A stretch of 64,000 nucleotides of DNA. It comes from Camelus dromedarius (taxonomy: Eukaryota). Below the pieces are notes generated by a model, which saw nothing but the letters and a program-made list of their open reading frames with translations, did no database searches and was not told the origin of the DNA. The position numbers and the translations under genes were made by a program. Location: assembly GCF_036321535.1 (NCBI RefSeq), contig NC_087436.1, positions 71,488,001 to 71,552,000 on the forward strand, written 5' to 3'. How positions within the stretch are numbered: position 1 is the stretch's first letter; every line of letters begins with the position of its first letter. This document shows, piece by piece, positions 27,434 through 41,830 of this stretch.

Positions 27434-27849
27434 CTTTGGGAAGGGAAAAGAAGAAGAGCAAAGGGAGATGTAAGTAAGCAAGTAACAAAGTAGAAGGGAG
27501 AGAAATGAAAGGGCAACTAGCAAATTAAAAACAGAAGGAAAATGAAAGCAGTTGACTTAGCAGTTCATTGACCTTAGACTTGAAAGGAGCCAGTGACAAG
27601 CTTAAAAGAAACTTGATAGAAAAAAGTCTAGAAGGAAATACATGGAAATTTTATTTGTGCTGGTGATCTTTTTTTCAGTGCTTCCACCACCATTATTGAA
27701 AGATTCTTTAATTGTTCTTGACAATGACAGTGTTGCATGTTCATTTGTTTGATAAATCTCTCTCATCTCCTTCTTCACCTAGGAAAGAATTTCCTCTAGG
27801 GATTGCCAGTCATGGTTGGACATGCTCATTATTATTGTTACTATTAGAA

Positions 27850-28020
27850 GAATCACTGACGTTTATAAATGGCTGTGCATTTTACTAAGTACACTTCACA
27901 GGCATACCTTTTGGTCATCATAACAAACTTATAGTTCGGGATAGCAATATAATTCCCCCATTTTATAGGTGAGAAAACTGAGACTTAAAGAGGTTGAGGG
28001 ATTGACCAAAGGTCATGCAC
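27850..28020 (-). mobile_element. MIR SINE
   Basis: cccccattttataggtgagaaaactgagacttaaagaggtt. Confidence 0.75.
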
Positions 28021-28339
28021 TCAGACCCACCCTGTGCCAATTTGGCACTCTGTATATTTTATCTGCTACTGCTCTGAAGGCAAAGTAAATTTTTGGAAGT
28101 AGGTGAAACATGAAGTAAGGGGTCTCAGTAGCTTTACAAAATTAAAGTATCTTCCCTACAAAAGATACTTGTTGACCATCTGTAGATGGTATAGGAGAAA
28201 GCTTGTTACAAGATTGAGTAAACATAATTAAGGCAAATCATTAAATATGGTCTCTTATTTCAACTTTGTTTTAAAAACTTGATTGAAAGTAATCTGGAAG
28301 GAATTTCATAAAAGTGTGAATAGGAGAAAATAAGTGTTG

Positions 28340-28596
28340 ATGGCACAGCACAGCAATTACGAGTTAGACCCTGAAATTAGACTGCCTGCATTTGAATCCT
28401 CACTGTGCCACCTATTAGCCAAGTGACCTTGGGCAAGTAACTTAACCTATGCCTCGGTTTAGTTTCCCCACCTCTATAACAAGGACGATAATAGTATCTA
28501 TCCTTGAAATCATCATGAGAGTCTAAAGAATTAATATAAGCAAAGCATTTAGAACAGTACTTACTACATAGTGACACCATGTAAGTACTAGCTATT
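28340..28596 (+). mobile_element. MIR SINE, near full length
   Basis: agactgcctgcatttgaatcct...gtgaccttgggcaagtaacttaacct...aaagcatttagaacagt. Confidence 0.88.
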
Positions 28597-29202
28597 GAGA
28601 TTATTTCTAGGCATTATATAGGATTTTAATTTTCCTCTTTATTTGTTTTTAAATTTCCAAATTTTAATGTGTGTTAGTTTAATAATTTAAGACAAAAAAA
28701 ACTATGAAAATAATAAAATGTAGCCAGCAACAGACAACCTTCCACAGCTCGCTTAACTGAAAGTTCTGTCCCTATTAGGATTCAGAGCTCCTTGATAACA
28801 CTCTCCATTTTTTAGCTCCTTGGAAAATTTGTCTTACTGACAGGTAGGGGCCTTGTTTGCTGAAGGAAAGCTATGTGAATTATAGTTCTCCTACAGTCTC
28901 CCTGTTGAAATCAGAGCAGATGTTTGAGAAAGTATTCAAGGTATCCAGGGTTCCTTAAAGGGACAAGGTCCATCCTGAAATCATCAAGCAAAAGAAACAA
29001 ACACCAGTTTTCAGGTAACCTTGTGCAAATTAGATGTCAGGTAAATTAATCAGGTTTTCCTGACCCTGGGTCTTTCATTTATCCAACCCTTAGCAACTTG
29101 CTTTGGGCTATCAGTCTCACCATAAATATGTAACGAAGCAAATGCAAAAGCATTTACCCCCAAAGTTAACAAAACTAGATTCACAAGAAACATGGCACAC
29201 AC

Positions 29203-29312
29203 CAGCCAGCTGGGAACAAATACAGAAAGTGGGACTTTTTCCAACCAGATGCTTCTCAAAATATGTGGCAAATGTTTTAAAGAGTCCTGTAAGAATTTCA
29301 AGAACCATTCTT
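29203..29312 (-). other. Candidate exon (110 nt if internal)
   Basis: Strong acceptor gtattccttctgtgcttttcttaatctag|AAG but a weak donor CTG|gtgtgt. Two frames are open. Confidence 0.25.
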
Positions 29313-31099
29313 CTAGATTAAGAAAAGCACAGAAGGAATACAGACAAAGAGCAGATGGTGTGCACAAGCTGTCTAAGATTTTGAAAGGAGAGATATCACA
29401 ATTTGATAAAGTAGTGGCAGTTTATGTACATCTTAGGCAGCACACAGCCATATGCATTGTATTTCCATAGGCTGCCCCCAACCCATGAGAAGCTCAATTA
29501 CTCTCTCAAATAGGGTCAACTTTCTGATTAGAGTGAGTTGGAAACACTGAGTATAATCTGTAATTTAAGATTCTCAAATAATCAATAATTAGAAATTGCA
29601 CAATGATTATTTTGTAATTAGCAATATATATTAAGACTATAAATTCTGTCCATTTGGCCTCTATATGGAATTTTTAAACTGCTTTTACTACAGTTGAAAA
29701 CATAACAACATTCTCTGTATTCATATGCTGAACTACGCTTTATGACTATCTACTACCCTGAGAGCGCTCGGCTAACTACCATGGGGATGCACAGAAGTCG
29801 GTACTCAACTTGAAGGAATGAAATGAGGCTTTACCAAAGTCAGACATCTCAGTGTTCTAGAACCACTGCTTCTACCACTTCCTTGTATTAAATATGAGGA
29901 CAAGTGTCTACATGTAAAGATGCCTTTGTACATCTATCAGAAAACAAATATTTCCTGAAGGACCCCCTAATGAGATGAGAATCTCAGAGTGCAGTTGGAA
30001 TGGGCTCGCCACTAAATACAGTTTCAACTGGAATGGCATTTAAAAGTCTGAGGAAAAATTCTAGCTCTTGTGTCTTGTTTTGACTTTTCTGCCTGTCAAT
30101 TCCTTTCTGCTCATTTTGAAAATATAACAATATGATTAGAGTGAAAGAGAAAGAAAAATTACTCTGATTCTTTCTCTACTTTTCTAGCCATTTCACAACC
30201 TATAGATAGATTGAAGGGATATTAATGTAGTATAAACAGACTACCATGCTCTAAATGAGCATTTTCTGCTTGTTCTGCTGCATTGCTAGAAGTGGGAACT
30301 GGCCAACACTGAGCAAATCCAATTATATAGATTCTCTAAATTTATCATGATTCCCATCCGTTAGACTCTTGCAGATTGTCTGATCTCTTTTTCACACCCA
30401 TGGCAGTTACAGGGCTGCAGCCAACCTATCTATCCAAGACATGTATTAAAATCTTCACCATTTGATTAGGACTTTCCATTCCAGAGATTAATCTGCTTGA
30501 CAAATTATGGTGTCTCTCCTGCCAAAAAGACATTTTCCTAATACAAATGCAACCTTGTGACAGAGTATGTTTCATTTTCTCCCTTGCTTCAAACTCTGCT
30601 ACCTACCAATGGACAATGTTCTCTTCTGACTGACAGCAAAAATAAATCTCTTACGTGAAGAGAGATAGGAAAATAAAGTGTTCACACCGGAGGGCACAGA
30701 TTTTTCCACTTTATATTCAAGAAATGATACTGAGGTGTCATCTGGTGTTAGGCTGCATGCTGAAAGCCAAGTGCTGTGTAGAAAAATGAATTATTTTTCA
30801 ATATTTCATAAGGAATTGCTCATCGAGCTAATACCAATTTCTGTCTCTCACAGTCTTTTGTACCCAGAGACTAGGTGTGAACTGAGTGGTGCCACTTTGT
30901 TCTCGGACCAGCCCACTGGCCATTCTAGCTATTAGCCTATCTCTGCTTCCTTGTGTTGTATTCATTCAATCCTTTGCACTTGGTTTCTCTTGCACTTGGT
31001 TTCTGCACTTCTTTTGCATCCACTCTACATAAAGTGCTCTTTTGATATTATTGGCAGCAGATTTTTGCCTTTCTGGTCTCCTACCTGTACCTTGAGTTC

Positions 31100-31510
31100 T
31101 TTGCGGCATTTAAAACTCTCCTGGTCTCTTCTCTTTCTATAACTACTGTTTCTGTCTTCTTAGGTAACTCCTCTTCATCATTCCTGCCCTTTCTTATGTC
31201 TCAAGGGTCTGTCCTTTGCCCTTTATATTCTCCATACTCTCTCAGTCAGTGAGTTTATAAATGCTATAGCTTCAGCTGTCTACTGAGAAGGTAATTCCCA
31301 AATTGCCATCTCCAGTTCTTATTTCCCATCAACCCCTTTTCTATGCATCAGTGGCCATGGGCATTTCCATCTGTATGACCTGCTATAACCTCACATTCAA
31401 CGTTCACCTTATTAGAAACTGACCTCATCTTTCCTCCAGATCGGCTCTCCTTCCCTAGCACTCCACATCTATCCTTGATTTCACCATTAATTCAGTGTGC
31501 CAAATCACAA
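31100..31510 (+). mobile_element. L2 ORF2 (RT-region) remnant
   Basis: tcaagggtctgtcctttgccct (QGSVL motif)...aattcccaaattgccatctccag...cctcacattcaac. Confidence 0.7.
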
Positions 31511-31519
31511 TACGTGTAT

Positions 31520-31685
31520 CTTTTTAACCACTTTTGAGGTATGATTGACATGTTAAAATCTCTACATTACTTAATGCATACGATTTTATTATTTTGGGAA
31601 AAAATATAAACCTGTGGAACCATCACCACCATCAAGGCCATAGATATATCCATTACCTCCCAAAGTTTCCTCTACCCCTTTTATC
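31520..31685 (-). mobile_element. L1MB-like 3' end
   Basis: ttttgaggtatgattgaca...aaccatcaccaccatcaag...atatccattacctcccaaagtttcc. Confidence 0.75.
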
Positions 31686-31729
31686 AATCTCTAAATCACA
31701 CCCCTTGCAAAATGCAGAATCTAGATTAT

Positions 31730-32720
31730 ACTGGAAAAATCCTGGTCCAAATTCCAGTTCTAGCCCTTGTTAACTGTCTGAGTTTGGACCAATTGCTTCA
31801 GTGTGTATGAAACTTAGAGTGGTGGTGAAGAAAACCAACCCCAGTGCCCAACAGCCTGAGTTTGAGCACTGCCTCAGGGCCCTCGCTCATCAAATGGGCA
31901 TAACAATGCTCACCACGGAGGTTATAAGCATGTATTGAGTTAATGAAGTTCTTAGGACACTGCCTGTCATATAGTAAGTATTTTGTGAGAAATAAAAGGA
32001 ATTAAGTGAGATGATGATGATGCTAACAATGATGGTAGCTAACATTTGAGAACTCACTATGTGCTGGACCATCTTTTAATATATCAACTCATTTAATCAT
32101 CACAACAACCTTACAAGGTAAGTAGAGTTATTGTCCTTAATTTCAAAAAGATAAAAAATAAAATCCAGAGAAATGAAGTAAATGAATAAGTGATAAAGTT
32201 TATTTTAAAAACAATGAGACATGAGCAAGCAAGATGAGCCCAGTATGTGAGTGGGTCTCAGTAAATATCATATGGTAACGCACTAAGCTCCAACATCTGC
32301 ATGAAAACTGTTTTTCGGTTGAAGTTACCTTTGACATTGTCTCACAAAGTTCTAAGCTGGGGGTTTTTATTCCTTTGTCTCATCTGTTTCTTAGAAATGT
32401 ATCAATGTCTCAGTGATTCCTTTCAGATGTTTAATCTGTATATGACTAACAGATTTAAGGGTAAGCTAACTTTCTACCTTTTTTGCACCTATCTCCTGAA
32501 TGAAATGTATATAGCATAACAGTAAATAACTTGAGCAATGTCTGGGTTTCAATCTGGCTGTGCCGCTTTCCAGCTGTGTAACCTTGAGCAAGTTGCTTCA
32601 GTAACTTTCTCAGCTTCAATGAAGAAATTCATTCAGAAAATGGAGGTGATAACAGAGCTGCCCTAATAAACTTATTACAAGTAGTAAATAATATCATGCT
32701 CTCAAAGTCCTTAGCATAGT
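31730..32720. mobile_element. Cluster of MIR fragments (+ at about 31730-31980, - at about 32020-32180, + at about 32530-32720)
   Basis: ctcatcaaatgggcataacaatg; actcatttaatcatcacaacaaccttacaaggta; agctgtgtaaccttgagcaagttgctt. Confidence 0.7.
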
Positions 32721-35214
32721 AACACAATCATAAAATAAACATCAAAGATGGGGGAAGGGAAATTTCTTCCTATAGTTGTTTCTAACACATGCTTTTCTTA
32801 TAGGAAGGGTTACAGTTTTAAAGCCACTAGACCAATTCCTCAGCAGTTGAGTCATTGATTTCTGCTACAGATGTGAAAATAAATATGTATTAACACTGTC
32901 TGTCTGACAAACTGGCCTCTGAATTTAAACATCACGGGTTAGCTTTCTGCATTTTATAGTGAGCTCTGGGGTTTATATATCCTTCACCATTCTCCCTAGG
33001 ATCTGTTTTTTCCTCCACAACTTTTCTGAATCCAGCATGGATTCACTCCACCCATGCCTTTCTCATTCCTATCACACTTGAGAGCTACACCTCTAATATC
33101 TCCTCCATCATTCGCCTCAGGCAAGAACGAAGGCATCTGACCCAACACTCCAGGACCATCTCAAGAGACTGATTCACACAGAGAAATTCTTACTATTTCA
33201 GCGTCTCACCCCTGTTGGATGACAGAATGCACCTTCTGACAAATTCAGCTTTAGTGGATAGTCTCCTTAGAGCTATTCCATCTGCAAAGACTCTTAATGC
33301 CAGAGACATCAAAGTGGGAAATAATGTCAATGCCATCACCTTCACAACAGTGACAAAGCTTTCTTTCCTCAGAAGCATCAGCTTCTTCCTCTGAGGGTGA
33401 GCTGGTGGACCCTCTCCAGTGCCCATCCAGCCTTTGGTTATTGACTCCACAGCAAAAAGGAGAGGCTGGAGTGATCCACTCAACCTCCTTCACACTCACT
33501 GACAGCTGAACAAGCCCAACACTTCTCCCTCCAAATGACTGGCAACGCCAGCAGAAACTTGGAACAGCAGGCAGACAAAGAAAAACAATTTAATTTCTCT
33601 CTGACTGGTTGCTCCGATCCAAATGTGACAGCTTTTCTAACCAAATGGCTCACATTCTAGTCAGTGAAGACTGAGGTAGAAACAGGGTGAACAGTGACAC
33701 CAAATGGTTGGAAAGGGTGTTCATTAAGAAAGGGTGTTTATATCCCATCTCTCACCAGGAACAACTGGGGTGGCTTACATAGATAAATATTATGCAACAA
33801 GATAAAACATTAAAAATAGGCAGTAGCTAAGGAAATAAAATGCTTTGGTGCCAAAAAATGTCTTCTGGATAGTGGATCAAAGAAAAAAAGAAAGAAAAGT
33901 TAAATTGGGCCAAGAATAAGACTTCAGTCTTTCTAGCAGTGCATAGGAAAAAAGGAAACTTGTTCAGTTTCAAAGTAGAAGTACAATTCTTCCTGAATCT
34001 ATAATGACAAAAATTTCCAAGAAGAGGCTCTTAAATATCTTTTGAAAAGTAAGGACTTTGGAAGTGTGCTTCACTCTTTGATTGTTTTTCTTCAGGTTTA
34101 TCCTCATTTATGTCTTATTATCTTCTCTAAATCTAATTTGGTTAACCTTTTATTTGGATTTTTATTTGGTACTATTGGGTCATTCTTAATTATGGTCTTT
34201 ACTCAGTCTCTGCTCAATTAAAACCAGGCAAGTTAGACAAACAGATCAGATGTTTGTAAGATTTTTTTTTCTCTTAAGAAAACAGATCAGTGGAAACCCC
34301 AGTGAGCAAGAAGGGAAAAAATGCAGGATTTTTGGCAGGATTAGCCATTCAGGATGATGCTTGGAGCAACTTTAATCAACATTATCAAACTATTTTAAGT
34401 TAAGTGAAAAGTTCATATATTAAATTTGTTTTAATATGGATTTACTGAAGAAACGGTAGGCAGTAAAGCATGTTAGAGAGAAAAGAATTAAGTCATATGG
34501 ACAGGGAACACCTAAAAAAATAAAGAGAAATGGTAACTAAGAGGATATGGAAGCTCCAGTTGAAGAATAAGAAATAAGAATAAGAAGGAAGCATGCGTAG
34601 GGGGAAGAAGGGGAGTGAGCTAAATCATAGGAAGCCAAAAACATGGCAGATTGTCAGGTTATTGGTGGCTTAAGCAAAAAGGGGGAAATGGAGAACGAGG
34701 TGAAAGAGACCGATAGGAGATGGTGAAGAAGATAAAACTTTGAGTCAGGAAGAGAGGAAGTCTAAGAATGCTTTTAAAGTAACAGCTGGAAATTTTAGCA
34801 TACTCAAAGTTTCAAGTGCCAAAACATAAAGAAAACATGGAAAGAAACAGGTACTTGGCTCATAATGGACTCTTAAGAAACACTTGGTAAGTTTTGGTTG
34901 CTGTTGAGACAGAAAAGAGATAAGGGAGTGAAAACAAGATTAGAATTTTAGAGGAAAGAGAAACAGACTGAAATAAATTCCATTCATGTTCCATAGTCTT
35001 TCCATAATGTGATGTAAAGGGATAATTTACCAAAGAATTCCCGGGATGATTGAAATGTGAGAAAGTAAGACCTCTGAGTAAAGGTTAAATGAAGTCCAGT
35101 CTTTTCCCCACAAAAGAATAGGTGAATGATGGTTAATAATGTTTTTATTTTAAGTTCACAAGTCATGCTGCTAGCCATTCCTGAGACAACCAGTTGAGCT
35201 CATTGTTAAAACTG

Positions 35215-36235
35215 TCTGTCCACCTCTTGATCATAAGGAAAAGAGAATCTTGAAATCTCCTTCCTCGTGCACTTTGTTCATATCTCTATCACATTGGATA
35301 TAAATTTTAATGACTTTTTGACACATGTGTCCCCCACTAGACTATGAGTTCTCTAGGGCGAGGGGCTGTGTTGTAATTACTTTATATGAATATACATGTA
35401 TTTGTGCTTAGTACTCATACAGTTCTCTTGCATATTTATGCATTGCCTTTTCCAGAAAATATTTAATGTGCTACTTGGTTTTTGTTGGGAGAACTCGCCT
35501 CCTCAGGCTTCACTATTTCCATTACTAGTAATCGTTCATCCAATTGCTCAATCCAAAAATGTAGAAGTCGTTTCTGATTCTTCTCTCTCTCCCCCTCTTC
35601 CCAGTTCAGCCCATCATCAAATCCAGTCAGTTGTCTTTTCGATTCTCACCACTTCATCATCATCACCCATCCCAGATGACAGGAACAGTTTCCCAGCTGG
35701 TCTTCCTGCATCCTCTTTTGCCCCCTGCAGTTTATTCTTTACAGATGTGCCAAAGTAATCCTTCAAACCCTAAATTAAATCACATCATTCCTCAAATTAA
35801 AATCTTCCGATGCCTTTCCCATGTACTCAGAACATTCCCTACAGTCTGGCTTCATTTCTTGCCCTCTCTCCCTTGCTCACCAGGCACCCTCCACAGTAGC
35901 TTTCTTGCTGTGTCTTGGAGAAGTCACACTCACTCCTGTTTCTTAACCCTATATCCTTGCATAGCTAACTCTTTCTAATCATTCATTCGCTGCTCCAATA
36001 TTACTTTCTCGGAGCATTTTCAACTACCTTTTCTAAGAGAGCACACACAGATTGTCTTACTCTGCTTCATTTTCTTCATAGCACTTGTTACTCTCTGAAA
36101 TTACATACTTATTTTCTATTTCTCAAGTCCAAATACAAACATAAAAGCATATGCTTTGTCTATTCACTGTAGCCCTCCATCCCCAGGATCCTGAACACAT
36201 AGAAGGAGCTCAATAAATAAATGCCAAATCAACAA
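35215..36235 (+). mobile_element. L2 fragments (two 3' portions)
   Basis: cccactagactatgagttctctagggc; catccaattgctcaatccaaaaa...cttcatagcacttgttact...gctcaataaata. Confidence 0.8.
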
Positions 36236-36578
36236 ACAGATATGTTGGACAGTAAGGCCCTGGGTTCAGGGATGGACATTTTCCATTCACTACCTAAAGC
36301 ATATACTAATTAATTGTATGTCTTCATTTCTTACTACATAAAATTACTATTTTTTTGTATAAAAAGATTTTTTAAAAGGTGAAATTTGTGAAGACTAACA
36401 CTTCTCAGAAAATGATGCTAAGCGAATGAAGCGAATCAAAGGAGTTTATACAGATGAGAACAATTTTAGGAGGCCATCTAGCCAAATCTCATATTCAGAC
36501 TCTAACACTTCAGGGCAGGACCATCCACTGCCTCATTGAGGCAGCCTGTCTCACTATTAGAAGGCTAAAGTTGTCATG

Positions 36579-36799
36579 CTGTGGGGACTATAGTTAATAA
36601 TACTTCATTGCATATTTTAAAGTTGCTAAGAGAGTAGATCTTGAAGGTTCTTATCACAAGGAAAAAAATTGGAATTATGCATGGTGACAGGTGCTAACTT
36701 ACTATGGTGAGCACTTTGTAATGTACACAAATGTCCCATCATTATGTTGTACAACTGAAACTACTATAATGTTATTCGTCAAGTCTACCTCAAAAAAAA
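36579..36799 (+). mobile_element. Short L1MA9-like 3' end with TSD
   Basis: gactatagttaataat...aaagttgctaagagagtagatctt...attatgttgtacaactgaaact...caaaaaaaa. Flanked by aaagttgtcatg and aaagtagtcatg. Confidence 0.88.
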
Positions 36800-36829
36800 G
36801 TAGTCATGTGGATCTAAAATATCTCTTTC

Positions 36830-37065
36830 TGAGTCATAAACTCAGATGCCTACAGAAATCCTGTAGATAACAGTTTCATGAAGTCGGTCAGGAGTGGTGG
36901 GGCTGCATCAGACAAAAGAGCACTTGCCGAGTCTAAGAGAGGTCGCTGCTACTCCACAAATGATTGTTGCCATGGGAGGGGTCAGGCCCGATGTTGCCAA
37001 GGCAGTCTCAGTTTTCAAGAGAAGCTTGAAAGATTTTTTATCTGCAGTGTTTCCATTTAAAAATC
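36830..37065 (-). mobile_element. hAT-Charlie MITE (MER102-like)
   Basis: aaactcagatgcctacag...attgttgccatggg...ggcccgatgttgcca...ttttcaagagaagc. Confidence 0.7.
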
Positions 37066-39226
37066 CCTATATGGCTCCATCAACACTTGAAGACTGCCAG
37101 TTGATACATTTCTAGTCTAAAGCATCACAGAAGAAGCCTTCATCTTCTACAAGAGGGTCTAGAATTTAAAGATAGGACATCTCCTCTAATTTTCTTTTCT
37201 TAATCTGTATCTCCTTGGCAAATTTAAACATTTTAAAATTATGCTATAATTATTTATACTGCAAAAATCAAGTAAGCAGATGACCTTAAGAATCCACTGA
37301 ATTGACTCAAATATTTGAGTTATAGTTCAACTGAAAACAAACAAACAAACAAAAAGAAACTAAAGTAAGTAGATACAGGAGTGATTACAAGGCAGACAGC
37401 ACTGTGGTATTATCTTCCTTCTGGTATTTCGTCTTGTGGCATCTTGTCCGGACCTCATTTCAATCCTACCATTTTATGTACTGTCAAGATTACTGGTTTC
37501 AAACTTCACAAAGCACATCATGTACTTGAGGGAATGACCTTCAGTGAACCACATGTTACATGACAAATTCTACTACGCAAAATTCAGAGCACTGTTTTAA
37601 CACAAATATTGTAGTTCACCCACATATAATCAGAGCAACAGCCCTAGCTGAACCGCCCCAAAACTTACCCTGTATTATATTGTAATAAAACATTATACTT
37701 CCCTCATCATCCTTTCCTCATTTCAGTCCTACCCCATTTATCTTTTTCAAAGAATTCTTTTTATGTGTGAACTAATAACATGGTTTAAATTAGTAGAAAA
37801 TAACTACCCCAAAGCAAAATATTTTGAATTATAAAAATTTTGAAAATGTTTTTCAAAATAAACCATTCATTTATGAATTTTCTCAAGCATTATTTGCTAT
37901 CATTTCTTAAAATTTTTATAATACATTAGTGGTATCAAATTACTTTATGATTATATTACATTGATTTGTTTCTATTTCTACTTTTAATAGACTGTTGATT
38001 ATTTTTGTGATCCTGATTCTAATTTTTCCCATGAATCTCAGAGCCATGATTTGGTCTTGGCCCTCTTATTATATTTTATAAAAGAGCCTCTCTTCCTTTA
38101 TTTTATCATCTTCTTGACTTCCTAACTTTCCAAATAGAAATCACATTTCCTAGCTGTGAGAGTATTATATTTTTTAACCCCTATCACTCAAAATATTGTC
38201 CTTAAAAGACAGAACCCATCATTACAGCATTAAAATTCATCAATAAATCTCCCTTGTCACTGAGCTGTCTTCTTTATACTATGCTTGAAACATCCTCCTG
38301 ATCACCTCACAGGATTGATCTCTCTTATAATTGAGCTACCAAGGGCAGGAGACTTCCTTAACTGGTTCAGTGAGATGGGAGCAGCATTTGGACTTTGAGG
38401 CCACTTGCTGTTGTAATCTCTTCTCACGCTCAAATGTAGGTAGTCTTAGGTGTCAGTGGAGTGTCTTTAGGTTTGGATGGGCTCAATGATAAAACTGATA
38501 TCTTTGTAGATCATAAATAACTTTTTACAATAAAAAAGATTTTGTAGATCATAAGTGGTTGAATATCAGTAATTTCATATGATTAAATGTAATAAATTTG
38601 AGGATAAACGATAAAGCAATAAATCAGAGACATATATTATTAGTAGAATAAAAATTTTGAAGTTTAATCCCTGTATTTCCACACTTTTCCACTAAACTAT
38701 TTCCTAAATATGACCTAAAATCAAGGAATTCATTGTGTGATTAAAATATGTTATTTTCTATTAATGGCAAATGAAAATACTCATATAATGAAAAATTATA
38801 AACAGCCCTCAAAATATTATTAGAGAGCTGATAAAAAGAAAGGAAGGAAGGAAGGAAGGAGAAAAGAAAAGAAAAAAGAAGGAAGAAAAAAGGAAGGAAG
38901 GGAAAAAATGATAGTTCTATGTACAATTAAATAAAATGTGAGTACACAATCCTTCTATTTTATGTGACTCAAGTTTAAAAGTAACAAAGACATAAATGGA
39001 CAATGTAAAATTTTTTTTTAATTTCCAGGAATATATTTTTATGGCGCATGCTACAAATAAATATAAAAATATGACTATTATATATTTAAAAGTGACTATG
39101 TGACTGCATTTTTGACATTGTTTCCTGAATAGATAGAGGTAGCATTTATGGTTACTGAAAGATAAAATCCTGCTGTGCTTTTCAGGAAAGATCAATTACC
39201 ATGAGTAATAGGCAATGTTCATACAC

Positions 39227-39772
39227 TGTATTAGTCAGAGTTCTGCAGAGAATCAGAACCAATTAAAAGTGAATTTACAGAGAAAAAGGAGAAGGGGAAG
39301 AAGAAGGAGGGGGAGGGGGAAGGGGAAGAGGGAAGAAGGAAGAAGGAGGAGGAGGACAAAGAGGAGGGGGGAAGAGGGGGGGATGGAGGGGAAGGGAAGG
39401 GAGAGGAAAGAGATTGATTTAGTTTAAGAAATTGGCTCATGCAGTTGTGGAGTCTGGTTAAGTCCAAAGTCTACAGGGCAGGCTGGCAGGCTAGAGACCC
39501 AAGGAAGAGCTGATATTCCAGTCTTGAGTCCAAACGCAGTATGGAGGCAGAATTCCTTCTTCCTTGTCAGTTCTCAGACTTTTCTTATAATGTCTCCAAA
39601 TTACTGAATGAGACTCATCCACATCATGGAAAACAATGTTTTATTCAAAGTCTGCTAATTTATATGTTAATAACATCTAAAAAATACCTTCACAGCAACA
39701 TCTAGACTGGTGTTTGACCAAACAACTGGATATCAGAGTCTAGCCAAGTTAACACATGAAACTAATCACTAC
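39227..39772 (-). mobile_element. ERVL solo LTR (MLT2-like) with an internal GA-rich expansion (about 39280-39410)
   Basis: tgtattagtcagagttct...aattggctcatgcagttgtgg...accttcacagcaacatctagactggtgtttgaccaa...gccaagttaacacatgaaactaatcactaca. Confidence 0.9.
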
Positions 39773-41629
39773 ACAAACTATCCTTGAAGTGGGACCTAGG
39801 GTTACATTGATCTCCTTCAGCAAAACTGGCTTATCTTTTACAAATAATTATGCATGTTTACCAACAACCCCTATAATTGTTTGCAATATGCTGCCTAGAA
39901 AACTAAGTAGAGAATATCCCAGGCTAATCTCAACATTTATGATGTAGATTACTCCTTTCTTGTACCAGTTGGTACCCAAATAACAGCCAACATATGAGGA
40001 ATCCTCAAATTTAAGACCTGGACCAAGAAGCCTTTCAACAACCCCCAATTCCTGTCCCTCATACATCATATTAACTCTCTAAAGGCTGTTTCCTCCCCTC
40101 CTCTAAACCTTAAAAATACTTATTAAAAACCCTCAAAAATCATAAAGTCATTCTAGTTTAATCATAGCTGGATTCAGATACTTCAGTTAATTATTCTCAA
40201 CTTTCTCTGAACCAACCACCTTTATGATTTTTGCACTTAGATAATCACTGCTGTGTGTAATTATGTTTTAAGATTGCTTAGTTGTATTTCTAAATACTTT
40301 ATCCCTGTATGACTTTTTACTTACATGAAGTTCTGTACTATGTCTTCTACATTCTTTATAAATTCCCACAGCATTCCCTCAAAATATTTAAAATTACGAT
40401 AACTGAATGAATCTTTGCCAACTAAAGATAAAATTTTTTATATGTAAAGTAACATGGGGTAGATTAATATTTATGAAATAATATAGGTAAACTCTAGGAT
40501 AATCTTAATATAGGATAATAATACAATGTGTGATAATATGTAATAATTGTGTTTTAAAATTATATCTGAAACATAAATTAAACTTACTAACAATTCCAAT
40601 TGTGCACTCATGCTTATTGTGTCATTATTAATTGAAGAAGCACTTTTTCTCCTCTAGAATGAAAATGGGTAATCAACATAAATCCTTAAATAAAAACGGA
40701 TTTGAATTTTCATAATTGCTTATCATCTTAGAGATGCCTCAACAACTTCTGTAACCACAAAAAATAAAGAGAAAAATAATCCCTGTAGCATTAATCATCT
40801 AACAAATTGTGTTTGATACATCTTAGTGTAAAGCTACCCAAAGACAATCTTCATTTTAAACGTCATCTGCAGCCCATCTGGGACTCTGACATATGGAACA
40901 TCCAAGACCTCAGTGGAATGTCTCTGGTTCCCTATGGTAACTAGGACCACATGCAAAATCCTTCACTGACAAACTAAAACATATGAAAAGAAAGAGAACT
41001 TTTGATGCATTTCCATCTATAAACAAAACTTTTTTTAAAAAAACAAAGACACTGAAAGCTATTATAGTCTTCAGATTTAAGCAACAAAAAAATTCTAACT
41101 ACTGAGTGTACAATGTGATTTGGTATAGCCTATGACTAATGGCCACAGAATAATTCCACTGGTGCCAGATGGGGGGAAATCCTTAATTACTGAAGATACA
41201 CGTTGTAAGTTTACCAGCACTTTAAACCACTAAATTTGATTAAAGTTAGCAATGTTATCGTGGGAATGATTGCTTTGGGAGAGGAAAGAAGCTTGTCCTT
41301 TGCTCATTTTGTAGCTGATGGTAGACTATGAAAGTTGAAGGAAGAAATAGCATAAAATACAGGGCATGAGAGTAGACCAGTGACATCCAGAGTTTCCAGT
41401 GGAGATACATGCAAAACAGTCTCTTGGCCTCCAAGAAGTTTTAATTTTTTATTTCATCAATTTTAATTTCTACTTTGTAGTTTATATAAGATATGTAATA
41501 GTACAGTGATACAAATATAATATAAAAAAATATTTATCTATTTGAGATGAATGCTCCAAAACTCCCATTATGCATGACTTTTAGTAAGAAAACTTGGATT
41601 AAACTATAAAAATACCAGTAATGGCTAGG

Positions 41630-41830
41630 TTCCAGGCAATGTTCCAAAATCTATGCATGTAATATTTTATTTATTCTTTACACCAACTCTATAAGAACTA
41701 TTATTAGCCCCATTTTAAGAATGAGGAAACTGAATCACAGAGAGGTAAAGTTACTTACTCAAAGTCCCAAGACTGATATGGTAGAATATATCTGAAACCA
41801 CATAGTCTGGTCCTAGTGCTTATGTTAGAA
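41630..41830 (-). mobile_element. MIR SINE
   Basis: tattattagccccattttaagaatgaggaaactgaatcacagagaggtaaag. Confidence 0.8.
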
